In this document: positions 11,433 to 26,700 of the stretch, in pieces
Position numbering within the stretch: position 1 is the first letter of the stretch
Layout: each line of letters opens with the position of its first letter
Source: Auanema rhodensis
Taxonomy: Eukaryota > Animalia > Nematoda
NCBI GenBank assembly: GCA_964057225.1
Contig: OZ059898.1
Coordinates: 20,336,001-20,400,000 of the forward strand
Length of the DNA stretch: 64,000 nt
Direction of reading: 5' to 3'
The notes under the pieces: model-generated
Seen by the model: the letters and a program-made list of their open reading frames with translations, nothing else
Told to the model about the DNA's origin: nothing
Databases searched by the model: none
Made by a program: the position numbers and the translations under genes

Positions 11433-14400
11433 ACATACCAAGTGCACATCACGTGTACATTTAATTAGCATAAATTAAAGTTCACGTAAATTTCAAAGTC
11501 ATGGTTACCATGAACCAATATCAATAAAAATTTGTTTTTAGACTAATATGGACATGGGGAATCTAATTTTGAAAACCGCATCTCTTTATCTTTCAAGTGA
11601 AACGAGTTACATACCAAGTGCACATCACGTGTACATTTAATTAGCATAAATTAAAGTTCACGTAAATTTCAAATTCATGGTTACCATGAACCAATATCAA
11701 TAAAAATTTGTTTGCAAACTAATATGGACATGGGGATTCTAATTTTGAAAACCGCATCTCTTTATCTTTCACGTGAAGCGAGTTACATACCTAGTGCACA
11801 TCACGTGTACATTTAATTAGCATAAATTAAAGTTCACGTAAATTTCAAAGTCATGGTTACCATGAACCAATATCAACAAAAATTTGTTTTTAGACTAATT
11901 TGGACATGGGGAATCTAATTTTGAAAACCGCATCTCTTTATCTTTCAAGTGAAGCGAGTTACATACCAAGTGCACATCACGTGTACATTTAATTAGCATA
12001 AATTAAAGTTCACGTAAATTTCAAAGTCATGGTTACCATGAACCAATATCAATAAAAATTTGTTTTTAAACTAATATGGACATGGGGAATCTAATTTTGA
12101 AAACCGCATCTCTTTATCCTTCACGTGAAGCGAGTTACATACCTAGTGCACATCACGTGTACATTTAATTAGCATAAATTAAAGTTCACGTAAATTTCAA
12201 AGTCATGGTTACCATGAACCAATATCAATAAAAATTTGTTTTTAGACTAATTTGGACATGGGGAATCTAATTTTGAAAACCGCATCTCTTTATCTTTCAA
12301 GTGAAGCGAGTTTTATACCAAGTGCACATCACGTGTACATTTAATTAGCATAAATTAAAGTTCACGTAAATTTCAAAGTCATGGTTACCATGAACCAATA
12401 TCAATAAAAATTTGTTTTTAAACTAATATGGACATGGGGAATCTAATTTTGAAAACCGCATCTCTTTATCTTTCACGTGAAGCGAGTTACATACCTAGTG
12501 CACATCACGTGTACATTTAATTAGCATAAATTAAAGTTCACGTAAATTTCAAAGTCATGGTTACCATGAACCAATATCAATAAAAATTTGTTTTTAGACT
12601 AATAGGGACATGGGGAATCTAATTTTGAAAACCGCATCTCTTTATCTTTCACGTGAAGCGAGTTACATATAAAGTGCACATCACGTGTACATTTAATTAG
12701 CATAAATTAAAGTTCACGTAAATTTCAAAGTCATGGTTACCATGCACCAATATCAATAAAAATTTGTTTTTAGACTAATATGGACATGGGGAATCTAATT
12801 TTGAAAACCGCATCTCTTTATCTTTCACGTGAAGCGAGTTACATACCAAGTGCACATCACGTGTACATTTAATTAGCATAAATTAAAGTTCACGTAAATT
12901 TCAAAGTCATGGTTACCATGAACCAATATCAATAAAAATTTGTTTTTAGACTAATATGGACATGGGGAATCTAATTTTGAAAACTGCATCTCTTTATCTT
13001 TCACGTGAAGCGAGTTACATACCAAGTGCACATCACGTGTACATTTAATTAGCATAAATTAAAGTTCATGTAAATTTCAAAGTCATGGTTACCATGCACC
13101 AATATCAATAAAAGTTTGTTTTTAGACTAATATGGACATGGGGAATCTAATTTTGAGAACCGCATCTCTTTATCTTTCACGTGAAGCGAGTTACATATAA
13201 AGTGCACATCACGTGTACATTTAATTAGCATAAATTAAAGTTCACGTAAGTTTCAAAGTCATGGTTACCATGAACCAATATCAAGAAAAATTTGTTTTTA
13301 GACTAATATGGACATGGGGAATCTAATTTTGAAAACCGCATCTCTTTATCTTTCACGTGAAGCGAGTTACATACCAAGTGCACATCACGTGTACATTTAA
13401 TTAGCATAAATTAAAGTTCACGTAAATTTCAAAGTCATGGTTACCATGAACCAATATCAATAAAAATTTGTTTTTAAACTAATATGGACATGGGGAATCT
13501 AATTTTTAAAACCGCATTTCTTTATCTTTCAAGTGAAGCGAGTTACATACCAAGTGCACATCACGTGTACATTTAATTAGCATAAATTAAAGTTCACGTA
13601 AATTTCAAAGTCATGGTTACCATGAACCAATATCAATAAAAATTTGTTTTCAAACTAATATGGACATGGGGATTCTAATTTTGAAAACCGCATCTCTTTA
13701 TCTTTCACGTGAAGCGAGTTACATACCTAGTGCACATCACGTGTACATTTAATTAGCATAAATTAAAGTTCACGTAAATTTCAAAGTCATGGTTACCATG
13801 AACCAATATCAATAAAAATTTGTTTTTAGACTAATATGGACATGGGGAATCTAATTTTGAAAACCGCATCTCTTTATCTTTCAAGTGAAGCGAGTTTTAT
13901 ACCAAGTGCACATCACGTGTACATTTAATTAGCATAAATTAAAGTTCACGTAAATTTCAAAGTCATGGTTACCATGAACCAATATCAATAAAAATTTGTT
14001 TTTAAACTAATATGGACATGGGGAATCTAATTTTGAAAACCGCATCTCTTTATCTTTCACGTGAAGCGAGTTACATACCTAGTGCACATCACGTGTACAT
14101 TTAATTAGCATAAATTAAAGTTCACGTAAATTTCAAAGTCATGGTTACCATGAACCAATATCAATAAAAATTTGTTTTTAGACTAATTTGGACATGGGGA
14201 ATCTAATTTTGAAAACCGCATCTCTTTATCTTTCAAGTGAAGCGAGTTTTATACCAAGTGCACATCACGTGTACATTTAATTAGCATAAATTAAAGTTCA
14301 CGTAAATTTCAAAGTCATGGTTACCATGCACCAATATCAATAAAAATTTGTTTTTAGACTAATATGGACATGGGGAATCTAATTTTGAAAACTGCATCTC

Positions 14401-17400
14401 TTTATCTTTCACGTGAAGCGAGTTACATACCAAGTGCACATCACGTGTACATTTAATTAGCATAAATTAAAGTTCATGTAAATTTCAAAGTCATGGTTAC
14501 CATGCACCAATATCAATAAAAGTTTGTTTTTAGACTAATATGGACATGGGGAATCTAATTTTGAGAACCGCATCTCTTTATCTTTCACGTGAAGCGAGTT
14601 ACATATAAAGTGCACATCACGTGTACATTTAATTAGCATAAATTAAAGTTCACGTAAGTTTCAAAGTCATGGTTACCATGAACCAATATCAAGAAAAATT
14701 TGTTTTTAGACTAATATGGACATGGGGAATCTAATTTTGAAAACCGCATCTCTTTATCTTTCACGTGAAGCGAGTTACATACCAAGTGCACATCACGTGT
14801 ACATTTAATTAGCATAAATTAAAGTTCACGTAAATTTCAAAGTCATGGTTACCATGAACCAATATCAATAAAAATTTGTTTTTAAACTAATATGGACATG
14901 GGGAATCTAATTTTTAAAACCGCATTTCTTTATCTTTCAAGTGAAGCGAGTTACATACCAAGTGCACATCACGTGTACATTTAATTAGCATAAATTAAAG
15001 TTCACGTAAATTTCAAAGTCATGGTTACCATGAACCAATATCAATAAAAATTTGTTTTCAAACTAATATGGACATGGGGATTCTAATTTTGAAAACCGCA
15101 TCTCTTTATCTTTCACGTGAAGCGAGTTACATACCTAGTGCACATCACGTGTACATTTAATTAGCATAAATTAAAGTTCACGTAAATTTCAAAGTCATGG
15201 TTACCATGAACCAATATCAATAAAAATTTGTTTTTAGACTAATATGGACATGGGGAATCTAATTTTGAAAACCGCATCTCTTTATCTTTCAAGTGAAGCG
15301 AGTTTTATACCAAGTGCACATCACGTGTACATTTAATTAGCATAAATTAAAGTTCACGTAAATTTCAAAGTCATGGTTACCATGAACCAATATCAATAAA
15401 AATTTGTTTTTAAACTAATATGGACATGGGGAATCTAATTTTGAAAACCGCATCTCTTTATCTTTCACGTGAAGCGAGTTACATACCTAGTGCACATCAC
15501 GTGTACATTTAATTAGCATAAATTAAAGTTCACGTAAATTTCAAAGTCATGGTTACCATGAACCAATATCAATAAAAATTTGTTTTTAGACTAATTTGGA
15601 CATGGGGAATCTAATTTTGAAAACCGCATCTCTTTATCTTTCAAGTGAAGCGAGTTTTATACCAAGTGCACATCACGTGTACATTTAATTAGCATAAATT
15701 AAAGTTCACGTAAATTTCAAAGTCATGGTTACCATGAACCAATATCAATAAAAATTTGTTTTTAAACTAATATGGACATGGGGAATCTAATTTTGAAAAC
15801 CGCATCTCTTTATCTTTCACGTGAAGCGAGTTACATACCTAGTGCACATCACGTGTACATTTAATTAGCATAAATTAAAGTTCACGTAAATTTCAAAGTC
15901 ATGGTTACCATGAACCAATATCAATAAAAATTTGTTTTTAGACTAATAGGGACATGGGGAATCTAATTTTGAAAACCGCATCTCTTTATCTTTCACGTGA
16001 AGCGAGTTACATATAAAGTGCACATCACGTGTACATTTAATTAGCATAAATTAAAGTTCACGTAAATTTCAAAGTCATGGTTACCATGCACCAATATCAA
16101 TAAAAATTTGTTTTTAGACTAATATGGACATGGGGAATCTAATTTTGAAAACCGCATCTCTTTATCTTTCACGTGAAGCGAGTTACATACCAAGTGCACA
16201 TCACGTGTACATTTAATTAGCATAAATTAAAGTTCACGTAAATTTCAAAGTCATGGTTACCATGAACCAATATCAATAAAAATTTGTTTTTAAACTAATA
16301 TGGACATGGGGAATCTAATTTTGAAAACCGCATCTCTTTATCTTTCACGTGAAGCGAGTTACATACCTAGTGCACATCACGTGTACATTTAATTAGCATA
16401 AATTAAAGTTCACGTAAATTTCAAAGTCATGGTTACCATGAACCAATAACAATAAAAATTTGTTTTTAGACTAATATGGACATGGGGAATCTAATTTTGA
16501 AAACCGCATCTCTTTATCTTTCACGTGAAGCGAGTTACATACCTAGTGCACATCACGTGTACATTTAATTAGCATAAATTAAAGTTCACGTAAATTTCAA
16601 AGTCATGGTTACCATGAACCAATATCAATAAAAATTTGTTTTTAGACTAATATGGACATGGGGAATCTAATTTTGAAAACCGCATCTCTTTATCTTTCAC
16701 GTGAAGCGAGTTACATACCTAGTGCACATCACGTGTACATTTAATTAGCATAAATTAAAGTTCACGTAAATTTCAAAGTCATGGTTACCATGAACCAATA
16801 TCAATAAAAATTTGTTTTTAGACTAATATGGACATGGGGAATCTAATTTTGAAAACCGCATCTCTTTATCTTTCAAGTGAAGCGAGTTTTATACCAAGTG
16901 CACATCACGTGTACATTTAATTAGCATAAATTAAAGTTCACGTAAATTTCAAAGTCATGGTTACCATGAACCAATATCAATAAAAATTTGTTTTTAAACT
17001 AATATGGACATGGGGAATCTAATTTTGAAAACCGCATCTCTTTATCCTTCACGTGAAGCGAGTTACATACCAAGTGCACATCACGTGTACATTTAATTAG
17101 CTTAAATTAAAGTTCACGTAAATTTCAAAGTCATGGTTACCATGAACCAATATCAATAAAAATTTGTTTTTAAACTAATATGGACATGGAGAATCTAATT
17201 TTAAAAACCGCATCTCTTTATCTTTCACGTGAAGCGAGTTACATACCTAGTGCACATCACGTGTACATTTAATTAGCATAAATTAAAGTTCACGTAAATT
17301 TCAAAGTCATGGTTACCATGAACCAATATCAATAAAAATTTGTTTTTAAACTAATATGGACATGGAGAATCTAATTTTAAAAACCGCATCTCTTTATCTT

Positions 17401-20400
17401 TCACGTGAAGCGAGTTACATACCTAGTGCACATCACGTGTACATTTAATTAGCATAAATTAAAGTTCACGTAAATTTCAAAGTCATGGTTACCATGAACC
17501 AATATCAATAAAAATTTGTTTTTAGACTAATAGGGACATGGGGAATCTAATTTTGAAAACCGCATCTCTTTATCTTTCACGTGAAGCGAGTTACATATAA
17601 AGTGCACATCACGTGTACATTTAATTAGCATAAATTAAAGTTCACGTAAATTTCAAAGTCATGGTTACCATGCACCAATATCAATAAAAATTTGTTTTTA
17701 GACTAATATGGACATGGGGAATCTAATTTTGAAAACCGCATCTCTTTATCTTTCACGTGAAGCGAGTTACATACCAAGTGCACATCACGTGTACATTTAA
17801 TTAGCATAAATTAAAGTTCACGTAAATTTCAAAGTCATGGTTACCATGAACCAATATCAATAAAAATTTGTTTTTAGACTAATATGGACATGGGGAATCT
17901 AATTTTGAAAACTGCATCTCTTTATCTTTCACGTGAAGCGAGTTACATACCAAGTGCACATCACGTGTACATTTAATTAGCATAAATTAAAGTTCATGTA
18001 AATTTCAAAGTCATGGTTACCATGCACCAATATCAATAAAAGTTTGTTTTTAGACTAATATGGACATGGGGAATCTAATTTTGAGAACCGCATCTCTTTA
18101 TCTTTCACGTGAAGCGAGTTACATATAAAGTGCACATCACGTGTACATTTAATTAGCATAAATTAAAGTTCACGTAAGTTTCAAAGTCATGGTTACCATG
18201 AACCAATATCAAGAAAAATTTGTTTTTAGACTAATATGGACATGGGGAATCTAATTTTGAAAACCGCATCTCTTTATCTTTCACGTGAAGCGAGTTACAT
18301 ACCAAGTGCACATCACGTGTACATTTAATTAGCATAAATTAAAGTTCACGTAAATTTCAAAGTCATGGTTACCATGAACCAATATCAATAAAAATTTGTT
18401 TTTAAACTAATATGGACATGGGGAATCTAATTTTTAAAACCGCATTTCTTTATCTTTCAAGTGAAGCGAGTTACATACCAAGTGCACATCACGTGTACAT
18501 TTAATTAGCATAAATTAAAGTTCACGTAAATTTCAAAGTCATGGTTACCATGAACCAATATCAATAAAAATTTGTTTTCAAACTAATATGGACATGGGGA
18601 TTCTAATTTTGAAAACCGCATCTCTTTATCTTTCACGTGAAGCGAGTTACATACCTAGTGCACATCACGTGTACATTTAATTAGCATAAATTAAAGTTCA
18701 CGTAAATTTCAAAGTCATGGTTACCATGAACCAATATCAATAAAAATTTGTTTTTAGACTAATTTGAACATGGGGAATCTAATTTTGAAAACCGCATCTC
18801 TTTATCTTTCAAGTGAAGCGAGTTACATACCAAGTGCACATCACGTGTACATTTAATTAGCATAAATTAAAGTTCACGTAAATTTCAAAGTCATGGTTAC
18901 CATGAACCAATATCAATAAAAATTTGTTTTTAAACTAATATGGACATGGGGAATCTAATTTTGAAAACCGCATCTCTTTATCTTTCACGTGAAGCGAGTT
19001 ACATACCAAGTGCACATCACGTGTACATTTAATTAGCATAAATTAAAGTTCACGTAAATTTCAAACTCATGGTTACCATGCACCAATATCAATAAAAATT
19101 TGTTTTTAGACTAATATGGACATGGAGAATCTAATTTTGAAAACCGCATCTCTTTATCTTTCACGTGAAGCGAGTTACATACCAAGTGCACATCACGTGT
19201 ACATTTAATTAGCATAAATTAAAGTTCACGTAAATTTCAAAGTCATGGTTACCATGAACCAATATCAATAAAAATTTGTTTTTAAACTAATATGGACATG
19301 GGGAATCTAATTTTTAAAACCGCATTTCTTTATCTTTCAAGTGAAGCGAGTTACATACCAAGTGCACATCACGTGTACATTTAATTAGCATAAATTAAAG
19401 TTCACGTAAATTTCAAAGTCATGGTTACCATACACCAATATCAATAAAAATTTGTTTTTAGACTAATTTGGACATGGGGAATCTAATTTTGAAAACCGCA
19501 TCTCTTTATCTTTCACGTGAAGCGAGTTACATACCTAGTGCACATCACGTGTACATTTAATTAGCATAAATTAAAGTTCACGTAAATTTCAAAGTCATGG
19601 TTACCATGAACCAATAACAATAAAAATTTGTTTTTAGACTAATATGGACATGGGGAATCTAATTTTGAAAACCGCATCTCTTTATCTTTCACGTGAAGCG
19701 AGTTACATACCTAGTGCACATCACGTGTACATTTAATTAGCATAAATTAAAGTTCACGTAAATTTCAAAGTCATGGTTACCATGAACCAATATCAATAAA
19801 AATTTGTTTTTAGACTAATATGGACATGGGGAATCTAATTTTGAAAACCGCATCTCTTTATCTTTCACGTGAAGCGAGTTACATACCTAGTGCACATCAC
19901 GTGTACATTTAATTAGCATAAATTAAAGTTCACGTAAATTTCAAAGTCATGGTTACCATGAACCAATATCAATAAAAATTTGTTTTTAGACTAATATGGA
20001 CATGGGGAATCTAATTTTGAAAACCGCATCTCTTTATCTTTCAAGTGAAGCGAGTTTTATACCAAGTGCACATCACGTGTACATTTAATTAGCATAAATT
20101 AAAGTTCACGTAAATTTCAAAGTCATGGTTACCATGAACCAATATCAATAAAAATTTGTTTTTAAACTAATATGGACATGGGGAATCTAATTTTGAAAAC
20201 CGCATCTCTTTATCTTTCACGTGAAGCGAGTTACATACCAAGTGCACATCACGTGTACATTTAATTAGCTTAAATTAAAGTTCACGTAAATTTCAAAGTC
20301 ATGGTTACCATGAACCAATATCAATAAAAATTTGTTTTTAAACTAATATGGACATGGAGAATCTAATTTTAAAAACCGCATCTCTTTATCTTTCACGTGA

Positions 20401-23400
20401 AGCGAGTTACATACCTAGTGCACATCACGTGTACATTTAATTAGCATAAATTAAAGTTCACGTAAATTTCAAAGTCATGGTTACCATGAACCAATATCAA
20501 TAAAAATTTGTTTTTAAACTAATATGGACATGGAGAATCTAATTTTAAAAACCGCATCTCTTTATCTTTCACGTGAAGCGAGTTACATACCTAGTGCACA
20601 TCACGTGTACATTTAATTAGCATAAATTAAAGTTCACGTAAATTTCAAAGTCATGGTTACCATGAACCAATATCAATAAAAATTTGTTTTTAGACTAATA
20701 GGGACATGGGGAATCTAATTTTGAAAACCGCATCTCTTTATCTTTCACGTGAAGCGAGTTACATATAAAGTGCACATCACGTGTACATTTAATTAGCATA
20801 AATTAAAGTTCACGTAAATTTCAAAGTCATGGTTACCATGCACCAATATCAATAAAAATTTGTTTTTAGACTAATATGGACATGGGGAATCTAATTTTGA
20901 AAACCGCATCTCTTTATCTTTCACGTGAAGCGAGTTACATACCAAGTGCACATCACGTGTACATTTAATTAGCATAAATTAAAGTTCACGTAAATTTCAA
21001 AGTCATGGTTACCATGAACCAATATCAATAAAAATTTGTTTTTAGACTAATATGGACATGGGGAATCTAATTTTGAAAACTGCATCTCTTTATCTTTCAC
21101 GTGAAGCGAGTTACATACCAAGTGCACATCACGTGTACATTTAATTAGCATAAATTAAAGTTCATGTAAATTTCAAAGTCATGGTTACCATGCACCAATA
21201 TCAATAAAAGTTTGTTTTTAGACTAATATGGACATGGGGAATCTAATTTTGAGAACCGCATCTCTTTATCTTTCACGTGAAGCGAGTTACATATAAAGTG
21301 CACATCACGTGTACATTTAATTAGCATAAATTAAAGTTCACGTAAGTTTCAAAGTCATGGTTACCATGAACCAATATCAAGAAAAATTTGTTTTTAGACT
21401 AATATGGACATGGGGAATCTAATTTTGAAAACCGCATCTCTTTATCTTTCACGTGAAGCGAGTTACATACCAAGTGCACATCACGTGTACATTTAATTAG
21501 CATAAATTAAAGTTCACGTAAATTTCAAAGTCATGGTTACCATGAACCAATATCAATAAAAATTTGTTTTTAAACTAATATGGACATGGGGAATCTAATT
21601 TTTAAAACCGCATTTCTTTATCTTTCAAGTGAAGCGAGTTACATACCAAGTGCACATCACGTGTACATTTAATTAGCATAAATTAAAGTTCACGTAAATT
21701 TCAAAGTCATGGTTACCATGAACCAATATCAATAAAAATTTGTTTTCAAACTAATATGGACATGGGGATTCTAATTTTGAAAACCGCATCTCTTTATCTT
21801 TCACGTGAAGCGAGTTACATACCTAGTGCACATCACGTGTACATTTAATTAGCATAAATTAAAGTTCACGTAAATTTCAAAGTCATGGTTACCATGAACC
21901 AATATCAATAAAAATTTGTTTTTAGACTAATTTGAACATGGGGAATCTAATTTTGAAAACCGCATCTCTTTATCTTTCAAGTGAAGCGAGTTACATACCA
22001 AGTGCACATCACGTGTACATTTAATTAGCATAAATTAAAGTTCACGTAAATTTCAAAGTCATGGTTACCATGAACCAATATCAATAAAAATTTGTTTTTA
22101 AACTAATATGGACATGGGGAATCTAATTTTGAAAACCGCATCTCTTTATCTTTCACGTGAAGCGAGTTACATACCAAGTGCACATCACGTGTACATTTAA
22201 TTAGCATAAATTAAAGTTCACGTAAATTTCAAACTCATGGTTACCATGCACCAATATCAATAAAAATTTGTTTTTAGACTAATATGGACATGGAGAATCT
22301 AATTTTGAAAACCGCATCTCTTTATCTTTCACGTGAAGCGAGTTACATACCAAGTGCACATCACGTGTACATTTAATTAGCATAAATTAAAGTTCACGTA
22401 AATTTCAAACTCATGGTTACCATGCACCAATATCAATAAAAATTTGTTTTTAGACTAATATGGACATGGAGAATCTATTTTTAAAAACCGCATCTCTTTA
22501 TCTTTCACGTGAAGCGAGTTACATACCAAGTGCACATCACGTGTACATTTAATTAGCATAAATTAAAGTTCACGTAAATTTCAAAGTCATGGTTACCATG
22601 AACCAATATCAATAAAAATTTGTTTTTAGACTAATATGGACATGGGGAATCTAATTTTGAAAACTGCATCTCTTTATCTTTCACGTGAAGCGAGTTACAT
22701 ACCAAGTGCACATCACGTGTACATTTAATTAGCATAAATTAAAGTTCATGTAAATTTCAAAGTCATGGTTACCATGCACCAATATCAATAAAAGTTTGTT
22801 TTTAGACTAATATGGACATGGGGAATCTAATTTTGAGAACCGCATCTCTTTATCTTTCACGTGAAGCGAGTTACATATAAAGTGCACATCACGTGTACAT
22901 TTAATTAGCATAAATTAAAGTTCACGTAAGTTTCAAAGTCATGGTTACCATGAACCAATATCAAGAAAAATTTGTTTTTAGACTAATATGGACATGGGGA
23001 ATCTAATTTTGAAAACCGCATCTCTTTATCTTTCACGTGAAGCGAGTTACATACCAAGTGCACATCACGTTTACATTTAATTAGCATAAATTAAAGTTCA
23101 CGTAAATTTCAAAGTCATGGTTACCATGAACCAATATCAATAAAAATTTGTTTTTAAACTAATATGGACATGGGGAATCTAATTTTTAAAACCGCATTTC
23201 TTTATCTTTCAAGTGAAGCGAGTTACATACCAAGTGCACATCACGTGTACATTTAATTAGCATAAATTAAAGTTCACGTAAATTTCAAAGTCATGGTTAC
23301 CATGAACCAATATCAATAAAAATTTGTTTTCAAACTAATATGGACATGGGGATTCTAATTTTGAAAACCGCATCTCTTTATCTTTCACGTGAAGCGAGTT

Positions 23401-23752
23401 ACATACCTAGTGCACATCACGTGTACATTTAATTAGCATAAATTAAAGTTCACGTAAATTTCAAAGTCATGGTTACCATGAACCAATATCAATAAAAATT
23501 TGTTTTTAGACTAATTTGAACATGGGGAATCTAATTTTGAAAACCGCATCTCTTTATCTTTCAAGTGAAGCGAGTTACATACCAAGTGCACATCACGTGT
23601 ACATTTAATTAGCATAAATTAAAGTTCACGTAAATTTCAAAGTCATGGTTACCATGAACCAATATCAATAAAAATTTGTTTTTAAACTAATATGGACATG
23701 GGGAATCTAATTTTGAAAACCGCATCTCTTTATCTTTCACGTGAAGCGAGTT
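11433..23752. repeat. Satellite subfamily domain B (first copy)
   Basis: Almost all monomers have G66 and mostly A81. Characteristic variants are ACATACCTAG, ACATATAAAG, GAGTTTTAT, TTTAAACT, GAGAACC, GCATTTC and TTCAAGTG. There are no indels (exact 176-bp phase from 10553 to 27801). Confidence 0.85.
16361..22344. repeat. 16-monomer block duplicated at 3168-bp (18-monomer) offset: 16361-19176 and 19529-22344
   Basis: Rare markers CCAATAAC (16449/19617), TTAGCTT (17102/20270) and AATTTGAAC (18767/21935) are all 3168 bp apart. Confidence 0.88.
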
Positions 23753-26700
23753 ACATACCAAGTGCACATCACGTGTACATTTAATTAGCATAAATTAAAG
23801 TTCACGTAAATTTCAAACTCATGGTTACCATGCACCAATATCAATAAAAATTTGTTTTTAGACTAATATGGACATGGAGAATCTAATTTTGAAAACCGCA
23901 TCTCTTTATCTTTCACGTGAAGCGAGTTACATACCAAATGCACATCACGTGTACATTTAATTAGCATAAATTAAAGTTCACGTAAATTTCAAACTCATGG
24001 TTACCATGCACCAATATCAATAAAAATTTGTTTTTAGACTAATATGGACATGGAGAATCTAATTTTGAAAACCGCATCTCTTTATCTTTCACGTGAAGCG
24101 AGTTACATACCAAGTGCACATCACGTGTACATTTAATTAGCATAAATTAAAGTTCACGTAAATTTCAAAGTCATGGTTACCATGCACCAATATCAATAAA
24201 ATTTTGTTTTTAGACTAATATGGACATGGGGAATCTAATTTTGAAAACCGCATCTCTTTATCTTTCACGTGAAGCGAGTTACATACCAAATGCACATCAC
24301 GTGTACATTTAATTAGCATAAATTAAAGTTCACGTAAATTTCAAACTCATGGTTACCATGCACCAATATCAATAAAAATTTGTTTTTAGACTAATATGGA
24401 CATGGAGAATCTAATTTTGAAAACCGCATCTCTTTATCTTTCACGTGAAGCGAGTTACATACCAAGTGCACATCACGTGTACATTTAATTAGCATAAATT
24501 AAAGTTCACGTAAATTTCAAAGTCATGGTTACCATGCACCAATATCAATAAAATTTTGTTTTTAGACTAATATGGACATGGGGAATCTAATTTTGAAAAC
24601 CGCATCTCTTTATCTTTCACGTGAAGCGAGTTACATACCAAGTGCACATCACGTGTACATTTAATTAGCATAAATTAAAGTTCACGTAAATTTCAAACTC
24701 ATGGTTACCATGCACCAATATCAATACAATTTTGTTTTTAGACTAATATGGACATGGGGAATCTAATTTTGAAAACCGCATCTCTTTATCTTTCACGTGA
24801 AGCGAGTTACATACCAAGTGCACATCACGTGTACATTTAATTAGCATAAATTAAAGTTCACTTAAATTTCAAAGTCATGGTTACCATGCACCAATATCAA
24901 TAAAAATTTGTTTTTAGACTAATATGGACATGGGGAATCTAATTTTGAAAACCGCATCTCTTTATCTTTCACGTGAAGCGAGTTACATACCAAGTGCACA
25001 TCACGTGTACATTTAATTAGCATAAATTAAAGTTCACTTAAATTTGAAAGTCATGGTTACCATGCACCAATATCAATAAAATTTTGTTTTTAGACTAATA
25101 TGGACATGGGGAATCTAATTTTGAAAATCGCATCTCTTTATCTTTCACGTGAAGCGAGTTACATACCAAGTGCACATCCCGTGTACATTTAATTAGCATA
25201 AATTAAAGTTCACGTAAATTTCAAACTCATGGTTACCATGCACCAATATCAATAAAAATTTGTTTTTAGAGTAATATGGACATGGAGAATCTATTTTTAA
25301 AAACCGCATCTCTTTATCTTTCACGTGAAGCGAGTTACATACCAAGTGCACATCACGTGTACATTTAATTAGCATAAATTAAAGTTCACGTAAATTTCAA
25401 ACTCATGGTTACCATGCACCAATATCAATAAAATTTTGTTTTTAGACTAATATGGACATGGGGAATCTAATTTTGAAAACCGCATCTCTTTATCTTTCAC
25501 GTGAAGCGAGTTACATACCAAGTGCACATCACGTGTACATTTAATTAGCATAAATTAAAGTTCACGTAAATTTCAAACTCATGGTTACCATGCACCAATA
25601 TCAATAAAAATTTGTTTTTAGACTAATATGGACATGGAGAATCTAATTTTGAAAACCGCATCTCTTTATCTTTCACGTGAAGCGAGTTACATACCAAGTG
25701 CACATCACGTGTACATTTAATTAGCATAAATTAAAGTTCACGTAAATTTCAAACTCATGGTTACCATGCACCAATATCAATAAAAATTTGTTTTTAGAGT
25801 AATATGGACATGGAGAATCTATTTTTAAAAACCGCATCTCTTTATCTTTCACGTGAAGCGAGTTACATACCAAGTGCACATCACGTGTACATTTAATTAG
25901 CATAAATTAAAGTTCACGTAAATTTCAAACTCATGGTTACCATGCACCAATATCAATAAAATTTTGTTTTTAGACTAATATGGACATGGGGAATCTAATT
26001 TTGAAAACCGCATCTCTTTATCTTTCACGTGAAGCGAGTTACATACCAAGTGCACATCCCGTGTACATTTAATTAGCATAAATTAAAGTTCACGTAAATT
26101 TCAAACTCATGGTTACCATGCACCAATATCAATAAAAATTTGTTTTTAGACTAATATGGACATGGGGAATCTATATTTGAAAAACGCATCTCTTTATCTT
26201 TCACGTGAAGCGAGTTACATACCAAGTGCACATCACGTGCACATTTAATTAGCATAAATCAAAGTTCACGTAAATTTCAAAGTCATGGTTACCATGCACC
26301 AATATCAATAAAATTTTGTTTTTAGACTAATATGGACATGGGGAATCTAATTATGAAAACCGCATCTCTTTATCTTTCACGTGAAGCGAGTTACATACCA
26401 AGTGCACATCACGTGTACATTTAATTAGCATAAATTAAAGTTCACGTAAATTTCAAAGTCATGGTTACCATGCACCAATATCAATAAAATTTTGTTTTTA
26501 GACTAATATGGACATGGGGAATCTAATTTTGAAAACCGCATCTCTTTATTTTTCACGTGAAGCGAGTTACATACCAAGTGCACATCACGTGTACATTTAA
26601 TTAGCATAAATTAAAGTTCACGTAAATTTCAAACTCATGGTTACCATGCACCAATATCAATAAAAATTTGTTTTTAGACTAATATGGACATGGAGAATCT

